DNA from: Pseudogymnoascus verrucosus
Taxonomy: Eukaryota
Length of the DNA: 64,000 nucleotides
Assembly (NCBI GenBank): GCA_001662655.1
Contig: KV460234.1
Direction: 5' to 3' (one strand)
The position numbers and the translations under genes are program-made. Below, piece after piece: positions 11,262 through 23,520 of this stretch. The number at the start of each line of letters is the position of its first letter. The stretch's first letter is position 1. Below the pieces are notes generated by a model that had not been told where the DNA came from, made no database searches, and was given only the letters and a program-made list of their open reading frames with translations.

Positions 11262-14200
11262 ATGCCTCCGTTCCTCCCGCGCAAGCGCCTGAGGTCCGAC
11301 TCCCCCAATCGTGGACCAGAACTAGAGCTCAAGCCAGAGGCACCGAAACCGAAGCGCAGCCGAACAGGAAATAAGGACAGGACACAAACGAAAGAGGCAG
11401 GCGGGAAATCTAATGCTGCCATTGCGCCACCAAGGAAGAAGACTCTATTTGACGAATTAGATACGGGGACACAACGCTCATCGCCGCGAACGCCGAGCGA
11501 GTTGTTGAGGAGTTTGGGTGGAGGAGAAGAAGACGAGGAAGAGAGTGATAGCGAAGATATTGAATTCGAGGATGTCGTAGCTGGGAAGGAGGATGAGGAT
11601 GACGACGATAATGTCGAGTTTGAGGATATCCCGCAGGCCGGCCCCTCCAACGCCAACCGACCATCAATATCAGCTGCGCCTGCGGGGGAAGAAGACCTTG
11701 ACCTTACCCTTACAAGAGAAACGAGGATTAGCCTTGTGAATCCGCACAACAAGAAGCAAGGGCCAAGTAAGATTGAACGAGCTATTCGAGTCGCGACTCA
11801 TCAGATGCATGTGCAGTTCTTAATGTGGCATAATTCGGTTCGAAACCGATGGTGTTGTGACAAGGCGTTGCAGGAGATCTTAACGGGGGAGTTGATGAAG
11901 AGGACTTCGTTCGAGAAGGACCTCAAGAGGTGGAAAAGGGATAGCGGGTTGGGAGGAGATGAAGTTGAGGAAAATGAAAAACCGAAACGAAAGGGGAAGT
12001 CGAAAGAGGAGAACGATGAGAAGGAGAAGGTGAAAGGGGCCAAGGAGAGAAGTCAGGCCGATTGGAGTAGCTCTGCCCAGCGAGCGGAAGTTGGATCTGT
12101 CAATATGAGCCACGGCGATCCACTATTTGCTCTTCTAAACCGGCTGTCGTCGTATTGGAAGAAGAGGTTTACAATTACGGCCCCGGGATTAAAGAAGATT
12201 GGATATATGACGTTACAGCGCATAGACGAGGAGATCAAGAGCAATAGAGCTGAATACGACTTTGAGAGGCATGGTGAGAGAATTGAAACTAAAGACTCTT
12301 TCAAGGAGCTAGCGAAAGAACATGAGGGTAGCAGAGATGTAGGTGCTCAGCTATTCACGGCGCTTTTACGCGGCTTAGGTCTTGAGGCTCGGATGGTGGT
12401 TAGTCTGCAACCAGTGGGGTTTGGATGGAGTAAAAATGAGGAAGCTGTTGAGAGGAAGGAGAAGAAGATTGTCCCGGAAGAGCCAGCTCTTCAAAGCTCC
12501 GACGACTCTGATGATGAGGGATCGACGCCTACTTTGAAAGAAAAGGCCCCGGTTAAACCTAAACAGAAGGCATCTCGATCAAAAGAAGTCAGAGCCACAT
12601 CTCATATATCGAGCAATAGCACACGCCGAAAAGGAACGAGGGACCTCCCAATTGATATATCTGAAGCTGAGCAGAATGATGATCATGGCGAATCTAATGG
12701 GATTGCAGTCGATGCCTCTCCGAGCCGGCCACAACGCAAGCAACCATCAAAAGTCTACGAGAAAGACCTTGCGCCCAACTATTGGATTGAGGTTCTATCG
12801 CCGGTGACAAATATTTGGGTACCGGTTAACCCGTTTGCACCAAGCGACCCAGTAGCAACGAACCCAGAGCTTCTCCTCGGGTTTGAGCCTCGTGGCGCTA
12901 AGGCAGAGAAAGCAAAACAAGTCATGGCCTACGTTATTGGGTTTTCTTCAGATGGCACAGCCAAGGACGTTACCGTCCGATATCTGAAGCGACATACATG
13001 GCCGGGTAAAACCAAGGGTGTGAGAATGCCGGTTGATAAAGTGCCAGTATACAATCGTCATGGGAAGGTAAAACGCCATGAAGAATATGACTGGTTTAAG
13101 ACCGTCATGAGCGGATATGAACGGCGCGAACAACAACGCTCTATCATCGATGATCAGGAAGAAGCTACCGACTTGAAGGCTGTCAAGCCAGAGAAGAAGG
13201 AAGTTAAAGAGGGAGAGGAAACTCTACAATCCTATAAGCAATCTTCAGAGTTTGTGCTAGAACGGCATTTGCGTCGAGAGGAGGCCCTACTACCAACCGC
13301 CAAACACGTCAAGTTATTTACGGTTAAGGGCAAGGCCGATGCTCCAGCTACCCAGGAGAAAGTATACCTGCGAAAAGATGTTGTCAGCTGCAAGAGCGTG
13401 GAGACATGGCATAAAGAGGGCCGTGAGCCAAAAGTCGGAGAGCAACCATTAAAACGAGTGCCATTCCGCGCCGCGACTACTAATAGAAAACGAGAACTTG
13501 CTGAGGCAGAATTGGCGAGTGGAGGACAGAAGATGCTCCAGGGGCTATATAGCCTAGATCAGACGGATTGGATAATCCCTCCACCGATCGAGGACGGTAT
13601 TATCCCGAAGAACGGGTTTGGAAATATGGACTGTTACGTCCCGAGCATGGTGCCAAAAGGCGCTGTCCATATCCCGCTCCGTGGCACTACAAGAATCTGT
13701 AGGAAGCTAGGAATTGATTTTGCGGAAGCGGTGACTGGCTTCGAGTTTGGCGCGAGGATGGCGATACCAATTATTTCAGGCGTTGTTGTGGCGGAAGAGA
13801 ACGAAGAAATGGTTATCGAGCATTGGCGTGAGTATGAGGCAGAAAGGTTGCGGAAGGAGGATGACAAGAGGACAAAAGCTGCATTAGGGATGTGGAGGAA
13901 GTTTTTAATGGGGATGAGGATTATGAAAAGGGTTAGAGAGGAGTATGGGGAGCACGGTGGTGAAAACCCAGATGTGCTCAACCCTTGGACGAATAAGAAT
14001 ACGATGGATAATGTCAGAGCAAACGTCGAGGGGGATATGTCGAGGCAGCAAATGGAGCAGGCTGATGAAGACATGGCTGGTGGTTTCTTCCCCGAAGGCC
14101 ATGAGGAGGAGGAAGTACCCCAGAGCTTTTTCCCGACAAGGCATGAGGAAAGCGAAGATGAGGGCGGTGGCTTCGTTATTGAGCAGGAAGAGCCGGACAA

Positions 14201-14741
14201 GAAACCTATCAGAAATATTCCGAACACGTACCCGACTTCGCTCTCGATCCAGCACAATAGAGCTGGCGAAAGTACAATTGACGTTAGTGATGGAAGGGAG
14301 TCCTCTCCATCATCCAAGCCGGTTACACAAGTGGCACCGCCGATAAAGGGGGCTACAAAATCTACCACACGACCTTCGAACCGTATGGGCCCAGGCAACA
14401 CGAGAGATCCAGACTCTGACACCGACACCCAGCCCAAGCCAAACCAACGCAGCTCCGGCCGACATTCTCTTCGCCGAGGAGGACCGGGGAAACGCGTACC
14501 GCCTAGTGATGACGAGACAACTGTCCCAGGTCTAGAGAGTGACCACGAGGCACGCGATGTGCACATTCCGGAGGCAAAAACTCCTGCATCGAGAAGAAAG
14601 GGAAAGTCTACAAAACTACCAGCTGAGAGTCCGGCTACGAGAGCCATGCCAAAGAGGAAGGCTACGAGGAGAAGTACGGGAACTAAAAGTCGATACTTCG
14701 AGGCTGACGACGAAGACGACTTTGAGTACACAGATAGTTGA
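11262..14741 (+). CDS. RAD4: Rad4/XPC-family DNA damage recognition protein
   Basis: GSRDVGAQLFTALLRGLG, AKDVTVRY, FVLERHLRREE, IPKNGFGNMD, FAEAVTGFEF (transglutaminase-like plus BHD1-3). Which fungal paralog is not resolved. Confidence 0.92.
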   Translation: MPPFLPRKRLRSDSPNRGPELELKPEAPKPKRSRTGNKDRTQTKEAGGKSNAAIAPPRKKTLFDELDTGTQRSSPRTPSELLRSLGGGEEDEEESDSEDIEFEDVVAGKEDEDDDDNVEFEDIPQAGPSNANRPSISAAPAGEEDLDLTLTRETRISLVNPHNKKQGPSKIERAIRVATHQMHVQFLMWHNSVRNRWCCDKALQEILTGELMKRTSFEKDLKRWKRDSGLGGDEVEENEKPKRKGKSKEENDEKEKVKGAKERSQADWSSSAQRAEVGSVNMSHGDPLFALLNRLSSYWKKRFTITAPGLKKIGYMTLQRIDEEIKSNRAEYDFERHGERIETKDSFKELAKEHEGSRDVGAQLFTALLRGLGLEARMVVSLQPVGFGWSKNEEAVERKEKKIVPEEPALQSSDDSDDEGSTPTLKEKAPVKPKQKASRSKEVRATSHISSNSTRRKGTRDLPIDISEAEQNDDHGESNGIAVDASPSRPQRKQPSKVYEKDLAPNYWIEVLSPVTNIWVPVNPFAPSDPVATNPELLLGFEPRGAKAEKAKQVMAYVIGFSSDGTAKDVTVRYLKRHTWPGKTKGVRMPVDKVPVYNRHGKVKRHEEYDWFKTVMSGYERREQQRSIIDDQEEATDLKAVKPEKKEVKEGEETLQSYKQSSEFVLERHLRREEALLPTAKHVKLFTVKGKADAPATQEKVYLRKDVVSCKSVETWHKEGREPKVGEQPLKRVPFRAATTNRKRELAEAELASGGQKMLQGLYSLDQTDWIIPPPIEDGIIPKNGFGNMDCYVPSMVPKGAVHIPLRGTTRICRKLGIDFAEAVTGFEFGARMAIPIISGVVVAEENEEMVIEHWREYEAERLRKEDDKRTKAALGMWRKFLMGMRIMKRVREEYGEHGGENPDVLNPWTNKNTMDNVRANVEGDMSRQQMEQADEDMAGGFFPEGHEEEEVPQSFFPTRHEESEDEGGGFVIEQEEPDKKPIRNIPNTYPTSLSIQHNRAGESTIDVSDGRESSPSSKPVTQVAPPIKGATKSTTRPSNRMGPGNTRDPDSDTDTQPKPNQRSSGRHSLRRGGPGKRVPPSDDETTVPGLESDHEARDVHIPEAKTPASRRKGKSTKLPAESPATRAMPKRKATRRSTGTKSRYFEADDEDDFEYTDS

Positions 14742-14747
14742 TGTTCA

Positions 14748-14797
14748 AGGTTGGTAGGCATAGGTCGGGCGTAGGTTGGGCGTAGGTTGGGCGTAGG
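14748..14797 (+). repeat. Short imperfect tandem repeat, unit ~TAGGTTGGGCG
   Basis: aggttggtaggcataggtcgggcgtaggttgggcgtaggttgggcgtagg immediately 3' of the Rad4 stop codon. Confidence 0.75.
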
Positions 14798-15201
14798 GTC
14801 AAGAGCGAGGCAAGAAATACATAGCACCTGTTTCCTTGGATTAATAAGCTGCTGTTTTCAAGGCACATATCCGCCTCCGTTGTTACATTATACAGATTGT
14901 GCCATCTACAAGGCTGAGGAAATGATCATATATTCACGAGATTAGTGTACTGTGACCTCCTGTGGTGCTGTGTTGAGGCGCATGTCGCGCAGTTCAAAAA
15001 TCACGCGCACTACTGCAACTATCCCTGTGATGTGGAGATAGCCTGGACTCGGCAGTGGCTCAGCCGCAAAGGCTGGGATGGGCTAAAGAGGGTCAAAGGC
15101 ATCATCCTGTTCTTAATTCCACCTGGATATTTAAAATGTTATATGCTTTATTCTAGTTTGATTGTCTGATATGTGACTTGGTTCTGTTCAGCGTCGCCTA
15201 G

Positions 15202-18200
15202 ATGTCTAAAGAGAGACTTTCTGACTACCAGTGGCCATCACGTGCACCCCGACCAGATACGCGCCCAGTACGTTTTGATCTCGATTCGGAAAGAGAAAAC
15301 GACCGGCGACGAGCGGAACGGTCACTGAGGGGATCGAGAGATGCATCGGGCTTTGTGGACGAAAACTTTACCTTTGTTCCTGCGAGGAGCAGAATAGGTC
15401 GGGACAGGAACAAAGATAGGATCATCGAGGACCGAGAGAGGTCTCTGAGCCCGAAGTTCACTGAGGAACCCATCGCGAGTGATAACAGTGATATTATTAT
15501 CACGGCAGGCCCTGATTCAAATGATGATGAATATGGTGTCCACGCCCATTCATATCGGGGTCGCAGATCATCGAATTATAGCTTGTCGCGCTTCGATGAA
15601 AGGGAGAGCAGCCATTTTACGAGACCGCGGCATCGACGGCGCCTAAACCGTTTTTTGGGACAGAGGCGAGACAGTTTGGAAAGTTCAGCTTCGTGCTCCG
15701 CATCAGATTCAGACATCAGTGACGATGCTTACTCATTCACGTTAACGCGTCACAAGCGCACTATATCGGGAATTGAAATAATATCGGACGCTGCCTCCGA
15801 AGGTTCAGAAGGAGATGTCGGCGGCGTGGAACCCGAAAAAATTGTTACTCAGTCCCTCCTCGCTCCGAAGATACAAAATGTCTTCGATAGTAGGTATACA
15901 GGGGAGGGATCAGTAGGAGGTGTACAGAATGCGCGGATTACTGTGCTTCCTACCCCACCCCAAAGCCATGGCCAAAAAAAGAATCGCCCCCCATTATTCA
16001 AATGGATACATTTTGAAGACTCGGCTATGAACTTTGACGATTTTCAGAACGGGGTAGCAGCTGTGGCGGGACTCTCAGATATCGAACGTCAGGCCATCTC
16101 ACGTCTCCTAGCGCGTGTAGGGAAGCGGTTTGACAAGCCTTTTCAGACATCGAGCGGTATGAAAGCCAAATTTTTGATGCCGTCCTTGACCGCGGAAAAT
16201 ATTATCAACCAGACGGGATCCAAGACCTCGAAGCCGAGGGTAGTGACATGGATGAGTCTCCCGCATTTCACGTTACAAAAATATAAGGCTGGTCCCGCTA
16301 CGGCAAGGCCCGCAGACCATCCAATTCGCAGTCTCATGCAGGCGCGTTTCTCACTGGTCCAAAGGGGACGAGATATGCAACAGGCAGTTTGCCACTTGTT
16401 GGATACCCCGGACGATTATTGTTTCCATATTGCCCAGACATGGTATTTAATTCTTGATGACTGTAAGTTAACACGAAGTGCCATGGACAGAAGTAAATTA
16501 ATAGATACAGCTCTCCTCATCACCTGCGCCGGGATCCGCATGTCTTCTCTCCAAGGTGATGCGATTAAAATCGCCCCGGAACCTTCATCAAAGCATTGGC
16601 CTCCTTTTATCTTAGTTTCATCCGGGAGATGCCTCCTCTGGTGTTTCAAGGTGGATGAGTGCCAGACCTGGTTTGTAAGTGCTTCAACATATACCATTGT
16701 ATGAGCTGAGCTAATGTGACCTAGGACTTTGTCCTGCTCTTTGGGGAGTTCTGGCCTCGGAGACTGGAGTTCAAGCATAATGGCAAAACCATCAGGGCCG
16801 CTGACTGGCCGAGAATTATAGCCCTGGCGAAGAGGACAAATGTCAGACTTACGGTCGATCACAGGTATGATATCTCAGTGGACTCAGTATTATGTGAATA
16901 CTAAGTTGATCAGGGCTCCATTGAGGGACAAATTTGAGGCACCTGACAATTTCATACCAGTTATGCGGGATTATGGAAAGGCTACTTCGGCGTCAAAGCC
17001 GACTGTGACATTGAAAGAACAACCAGGCGCTAACACATCGTCAACCATTCCAGGCTTCGTCATTCATGAGTATGATAAGCCGCCCAAACAAAATATGACG
17101 GGTCCACCACCAGATAAGGGGCAACAGCAGACTGCTAAACCGGTCACTGCTGAAGATGCCCCTGAGAAATCCAGTGCCCCGTCGACAGAGGGCTATTTTG
17201 ATAAGCCGAAACCCAAGCCTGCAACAGCCGCCAGGCCAGAAAACAGTCTCAACTTACCAGCGGTTCAAAATTCTCCCCCTAAGCCTGACAATATTTTCGC
17301 TGGGTTTTATGTGTTTGCTTGGCTAAATTCGCATCCAACGACCATGTTATCTCCCCCCCTATTTGCTTCACCCTTAGAGCGATCTCAATCACGAAATCGC
17401 AGCTCTATTAGCCCAAGCGGTGTTCGTGAGGAAACTCCAACTCCAAAAGCCACTCCTGATATTCAGTGGAGAGTCGAGGAGCAAGATATAAGAGCTGACC
17501 TTGGGGAAGTCGACGATTTCCTGAAGGCTAGGTCGAGCGTTAGTGACCGCATCGTCTATCAGGAATGTCCTCTTAGCTCACGAAACTCTATTGTGGAGCA
17601 ATTGACGAGAGTAAAGACGAAGCTTATGAGTTCAGAGAAGGTAAATCCAGAGAAAGTCAAGATTCTGGGGACGAAAGAAGCAATAGCTGCAGCAGCGGAT
17701 CAGATTTTCCAGTTCTTCCTACCTGTTACATTTGAGGGACCTACAGTACAGAAATACTGGGGCGCTATCGACAGCTTAATTTTGGTAACAATATCCAACC
17801 AGAAATATATGATGCAATGGCTAATCTACTCAATAGCCCGATAAATCACAGAAGGTTAAAGCACAAGAGAAAACTTCTCAGTATTACCAGGGTCGGCAGT
17901 ACTGGCCAAAAGAAAGGAGAAAGAGAAATTTCGGTTGTCGTAATGAAGATGTCCCATACATCGCCGAGTTTCTCGGTCAAATTGCCAGGCAGGTTCAGCC
18001 ATTCAAAGAATTCTACGCGGAGGCACGCCCCGCGGATAGACTAAATATTCACCTACCAGAAGAGTTCCCAAAGGCTTGGCTATATCTTTTGATATCTGTG
18101 GCCTCGACCACGAAAGACATGGCGGTTTTTGAGGACCAGAATTCTGTAGTTCATGATTTGCTCGATAGGGGGATGCGGAAGGTGGTACAAGAGACGTCGA

Positions 18201-19307
18201 AGAAAAGCTTACTCGACAGCCTCGTTTTCACACCGTTTGAGCTCGCAACTCTTATCAACTTTCAACTCCTAGAGGGCGTAACTCCTTACTCCCAGGATAT
18301 AATCGAGCCATATTGGCAATATCTTCGGAGCCTGGTACGTTGGATATGCGCCAGCGAAAACTTACCTATACTAATTCACATCTTAGGAAGCCGATATTGC
18401 CGCAAATCCTGTCGACCGCAACCACCAAGACCGTATTGCGCTATTCAAGCAAGAGATATATGTCATTAACGATACACTAAACCAGCAGCGACGCCTACTC
18501 ATGCTTGCTTCTCCCTCTGCAAGTTTCAGGAATAGCGCCGCCGCCTTCCAGAACACTCATCTCAACAAGATAGCAAACGATGACTACCGTTCAGTGGTAC
18601 CTAATGTCTATACCCAACAGCCAACAATGCACGCTTTTAATAACGCTACCAACCATACACGCTACGAAGCCGCAAATATCGAGCCCTTTGACGTGCCAAT
18701 CGTCGTGGACAACCAAGGCCGCTCGCGTACAAGTCAGCTCTCACCCACCCACCCGAACGGCGTCCTCGGGATTTTGATCTACGACGCGATCTCCCTGGTA
18801 GACCACAAACTACGCGACATACGGGAGATGCACGACTGGGTATCGCATCTTCAGGCCAGCAACCTGCAGAAGATCGACACGAACAAGGACCGGCAGGAGG
18901 CCGCCATCTACGCCTTCACCATCGTGACCATTGTGTTCTTGCCGCTCTCGACCGTCGCGGGGATAATGGGCATGAACACGGTCGACATTCGTGATATGGA
19001 GTTTGGCCAATGGGTATTTTGGGCTTCTGCCATACCCCTCATGATTATCGTCATAACTTTATGTCTAATTTGGGCGGGTGAGCTGGGGAATTTCTGGAAG
19101 GGCTTCAGGGACTTGTGGAGGAGGAGGGAAAGCGCGGGGAGGAAGAAGGTAAGGAAGGCGGCAGTCAACTTTGCGCCTACCATGGCGTATACCCCGATGG
19201 ATAGGTCGAGTATGTATAACACTGGAGCGTCACCAGAGCGTGACTTCGACCGTCACTCTGTGGTTATAAGAGAGCGCAACCGACCCGAATATCTCCGCGG
19301 GCTTTAA
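15202..19307 (+). CDS. Large fungal CorA-like Mg2+ transporter-domain protein
   Basis: Six exons; introns 16463-16510, 16675-16724, 16865-16913, 17785-17836 and 18335-18386 all keep frame. C-terminal AIYAFTIVTIVFLPLSTVAGIMGMN (GMN motif) plus a second TM helix. Confidence 0.85.
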
Positions 19308-19546
19308 AAAGGTGGTATTTATGGATATATGTCACAATATTTTATATAGTCGATACCCGTTACATTTTGGATTTGTTCTCAACGAAATAAAAGACTTCAT
19401 TCTTGCGCTAGTGTATTTCCCATGCTCAAAAGTAGGGAGGAAACGGCAGTGATATATAATAATGCTTGATCATCGCTCCCAGAACGCCTTGTATATGCAA
19501 AATCCCTGGAGTTCAAGCTAACTGCAACAGATGTCCATGGTCATCT

Positions 19547-20491
19547 TCATACCTCGATCAAATTCGGGATCGCAGGTCCGACACCCCGTAACAAAACAAT
19601 CGTGTTCCCACTAACCAAAGCACCGCCAACCTTCTCTCCGAACTCGAGAAGTCGGCCACCTTCCACATGGAAAACCCGTAGTTTCTCCCTTTCATCCTCG
19701 CTCTGGTTATTAACGTTCTGCACCTGCAGGCTCTTCGCCGCCGCATCCAGAACCCGTCCTATAACCCAATCTTTGCTGTAGAAGAACTCGCCCTTCGGAA
19801 ATTTCGCTTTCGTGGTCGCCGCCTCCGCCTCAACATATATATACACCCTCTTCTCCGGCGCTAACTTCTCGTCCCCCTTCGCGGTTTTCTTCAGCGTATT
19901 CACCGCCACCAGCCTTGCCGCCGTACTCGACGGCTTCGGCTTAGGCAGCACCCTCGTCGTCGCCTTCTCCGCCTCGATCTTCCTTGCCGAGCCCCACGCC
20001 TTCAGTCGCCCAAATGCCAGCTTCGCTTTCTCAGTGGTCGCCGTCGTGTCGAAGCGCGCAGGCCGCGCCCCAATCGGCACAAGGTTCTTGCAGTCGTGGT
20101 CCTCCTTCAGCCGATGCTTCAGGCAGTATGTGCGATTGCACCCGGAGCAGTGCACGCCCGGATTACGACCCGCGGCGCTCGTGACGGTCTTGCAAACCGG
20201 GCTGGCGCAGGGTTTCGGTGTGTCAACGGCGAGGGTGGTGTGGCCGTTGCTTGTAGACGAGGCTGCAGTGGCGGCTGCGCGACGCCGCGCCCAGTCTCCA
20301 GCCTTGGGGCATTTGTGGGCAGTTTCGGAGCGGTGGTCGAGGCAGAATGTGCCGAAGCAGGATTCGCACCGGAAAGGGAGGAAGTCGAGTTGGTTGCAGT
20401 AGGGGTCCTGGCAGTGGGAGCCGATGAGGGTTGGGTCTGATGTGTCCATTGTGGAGTAGGAGTCGTTCGGTGGGGTTTTGGAGTCGGCCAT
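19547..20491 (-). CDS. AN1-type zinc finger protein with C-terminal ubiquitin-like domain (Cuz1/ZFAND1-like)
   Basis: ATG at 20491 (MADSKTPP). Two AN1 fingers (HCQDPYCNQLDFLPFRCESC..CLDHRSETAHKC; C..C..YCLKHRLKEDHDC); UBL-like KDWVIGRVLDAAA. Confidence 0.9.
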   Translation of the reverse strand: MADSKTPPNDSYSTMDTSDPTLIGSHCQDPYCNQLDFLPFRCESCFGTFCLDHRSETAHKCPKAGDWARRRAAATAASSTSNGHTTLAVDTPKPCASPVCKTVTSAAGRNPGVHCSGCNRTYCLKHRLKEDHDCKNLVPIGARPARFDTTATTEKAKLAFGRLKAWGSARKIEAEKATTRVLPKPKPSSTAARLVAVNTLKKTAKGDEKLAPEKRVYIYVEAEAATTKAKFPKGEFFYSKDWVIGRVLDAAAKSLQVQNVNNQSEDEREKLRVFHVEGGRLLEFGEKVGGALVSGNTIVLLRGVGPAIPNLIEV

Positions 20492-21259
20492 GGCGGCGGT
20501 GGCGGGGCGAGGTCTTAATATATACGCTGGTGGGGTAGAATAATAGATCGGGGGATAGACTAAGGCAGGGGCAAAGCTGACGACGCAGGGCCGAGGGCTG
20601 GAGAGAGACGCTGTGATCGAGAGATGCTGACTTGAGGTCTTCGAGAAGGGTGTAGAAGGTAGCCTTGGCGACTGATGGGGCTTAGCGGCGGTTTGGGGCG
20701 AGGCTGACAAAGTTACGAATCGCGTGGCCTGACGCTAATATGGCGGGGAGTTAGTAAGCGGCAGGGGCTTTTAAAGGTCACGTGGTAATTCGATATCAAT
20801 TCTGTAAAACGAATCTGGACTTGATAATCAAGTGCCGGAAGAAGGGAAAATATTAAAAATCGCGTAAGTAATTATCTTTCTTGATTTAAATCTTTTCTAC
20901 TTATACTAGAATGAAATATCGAGTGTTGTGGCAGACAAACATCGCCGTGAGGTTCTCACTCTCACAACTCTCTGAGAGCCCTCCTGGACATTGTGCTTCG
21001 AGGAGCAAATACTGGAGGTATTGGAGGGCCATTTAACAATGTGGAGTAGATGATAGTAGGATATCATCCTGAATTAACATGCTGAACCAAACTATCACTG
21101 AACCATACGATTATTCTTACGGGGTAAATATCAATTTCATTCATATATTGTTATAATAAATTCATTCCTTTTTATTTCATTATATACAATTTTCACCTGT
21201 CATAAGGTCCGTCAAGTGTCTCCTCCCGCATCCATTTCATCCATCGTCCAGCTCCTCCC

Positions 21260-21999
21260 CTACAACTGCAATACCTTATTCCCATCATCCATCGACCACA
21301 AATCCCACTCATCATCCCCCTCCGCAATCTTCCCCGACAACTTCATCCTCAAGATCTCCTTCTTCAACGCCGCCCTAATCAGCTGACACGCCTCAATCGA
21401 CTTCTCATCCTGCATCTTCGACGACAACGCCTCCTCCAGGTTATCCCGCCTCTTCTCATACGACAACATCTCGCTCGGATCCCGCGTCTCCCCATACACA
21501 GACTTCATCTCCGGGCGCGGCCGCGGGATGATATGGAAGTGCACATGCTTGATTGTCTGCCCTGCCATCTTGCCTATCCGCCACGACATCAGCATGCATC
21601 CCTGGCACCACAACTCGACCAGGGGCTGAGGAATCGGGGGGACTCACCATTCGCCTGCAAGATATTCCAACTCTCATCATGATCCCTCCACTTCGCTCCA
21701 AACAACCCCGCCATCACCCCTCTACTAACAATCGGCAACCAGAACCCCAGCACCGCGCTCTCCCCCGACGAGAGATCACTGATCTTGCCCGCGTGCTCGC
21801 GCGGCAGCAGCACGATGTGGCCGCGGCTCATAGGCGCCACCTCGAGGAAGCCCACGACGCTGTGCGTCGCGAGGACGAGGTAGGCGGAGGCGAGAGGGCT
21901 GGCGGCGATGGTGGGGTTGGGGGTGGGCTTTGCGGTTTTGCCGATGACGCAGAAGTGGCATTCGGGGTCGTAGGTGTCCTCCACCTCCTCTTCGGGCAT
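21260..21999 (-). CDS. HIT-family nucleotide hydrolase (Hint-like)
   Basis: Intron 21647-21574 joins CHFC...GHIVLLPREH...QANG to GKMAGQTIKHVHFHIIPR (HxHxHxx triad). Confidence 0.9.
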
Positions 22000-22102
22000 G
22001 GTGAGGTGGCGGGGGGGGGAGGGAAGTAATAGGGGTATGGAAGGAGAGGTATGGTAGGTGCTTCGGATGAGCAGATGGAGCCAGGCGGGAGGGTGCGCGG
22101 AG

Positions 22103-22204
22103 ATATTAAAACCTGGGGAAATGCTTTGGTATCTGTTCCCTTGGGGGGTTAGATTGTTATATTGAAACCTGGGGAAGTTGCTTTGTTATGCTGCTCCCTT
22201 GGGG
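22103..22204 (+). repeat. Two imperfect direct copies of a ~45-bp unit upstream of the HIT gene
   Basis: atattaaaacctggggaaatgctttggtatctgttcccttgggg (22103-22146) versus atattgaaacctggggaagttgctttgttatgctgctcccttgggg (22159-22204). Confidence 0.85.
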
Positions 22205-22573
22205 TATCAAATACGTCAGCGTGATCTAGGACCCTTAGATATTGACCAGTCGTCATAGACATCACCAAAAGCGCGGGAAAGCACGTGAACACTAAGTTAT
22301 AAACCCATCATCAACAGAATCCCATCTCTCTCGCAGACGCCCAGTGCAAATCAAGACACATATCGATTGTCACTCCTATTCTGTCGACTGCGTATAGATT
22401 GCGGGAAATGTATGTCACACCATCACCACCTCTAGCGCGAGGAGAGATTCACGGAAATATTGTAGACACCCTTCTATGCATTCATGAATACAGCTTATAT
22501 GTACACATCGATTGGTTCCAGTCGTCGGACGCATCGTCGGGCCGTAACATCCTCTTTCCAATCCACCACCCGT

Positions 22574-23024
22574 CTAAGCCTTCTGTCCCTTCTTCTCCGA
22601 GGAATCGATATCGGCTAAGAAGTCCCTAGAAACAACCATCAGTATAAACTCCACTAGAACCCCTCCTTCGTATTCGAAGTATCGCCGCAGCAGTATAGGA
22701 CTCACTTGATGAACTTCTCCTCATCATTGTTCTTCGCGTTGAGCGGGGGAGTAGTGGTCTTCTCGGCCTTCTTTCCGCCCATAGCGAGGGCAGCACCGCC
22801 AAAGGTGATCGAAAGCGTGGCGATCGAGAGCTGTACATCAAAAACCTCGTCAGCACAATCCTTCAATTGCCCCTCTGCACTCCAATTCCCGCAATCCTCC
22901 CCTTCGTAGCCAATTGAAGAAATTTGCCCTCCCTCGGCATCCCTATTTTCCTCCACCCCCAAACGGGATCACCTACCCAGTGAGACGCGATCTGGCGACC
23001 GGCGATATTGTACATAACAACCAT
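22574..23024 (-). CDS. ATP19: Mitochondrial ATP synthase subunit k
   Basis: Exons 23024-22977, 22830-22706 and 22625-22574 give MVVMYNIAGRQIASHWLSIATLSITFGGAALAMGGKK...PPLNAKNNDEEKFIKDFL... Confidence 0.9.
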
Positions 23025-23520
23025 CTTGACGGTATTTGCTTGAATTGACTTGGAGAGAGGTGAGGTTGATGCGTTTGCGGTTGCGGTAAGTTGACGATGT
23101 GCTGGGCCGACGTTGGCTTTCCGAGCCCACTGCACAGCTTCAATATGCTTAGCGCCTTGGCAGTATTTTTGGTCGGTCGCTCGCTGTTGCTGCTGGGCTT
23201 ACCCGGGACTTTTCGCGATTTCGTTTCCCCGAACGGGTCCGCGGCCGTCCGGTGGTTCCGTGCTGGGCGTGTAATCCAATGATATGCAAGTATCATAAAG
23301 TCATTGCACATGTCCTACGTAGATAGTATAGATTACTTTCTGAAACTGGTAATTGTAGGCTGCTGCTATCTCTCGCGCGCATCCAAACTGTCTTCCTCTC
23401 TTGTCACTGTCACTGTCACTGTCAAAATACCATTTCTCTATCTCATATACCTCATACGATTCTCAGATTTACCTCTCTTTCCACTCAACCCCATCGTTCG
23501 AGTGAAATAACCACCTTATC

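Noticed and set aside
13634..14827. 397-aa antisense ORF
   Set aside because: Shadow of the Rad4 coding strand; Ser-rich mirror composition and no motifs.
19547..20710. 387-aa version of the AN1 protein from a TTG start
   Set aside because: The first 73 codons look like 5' UTR; ATG 20491 has good context (GCCGCCATGG) and directly precedes the domain.
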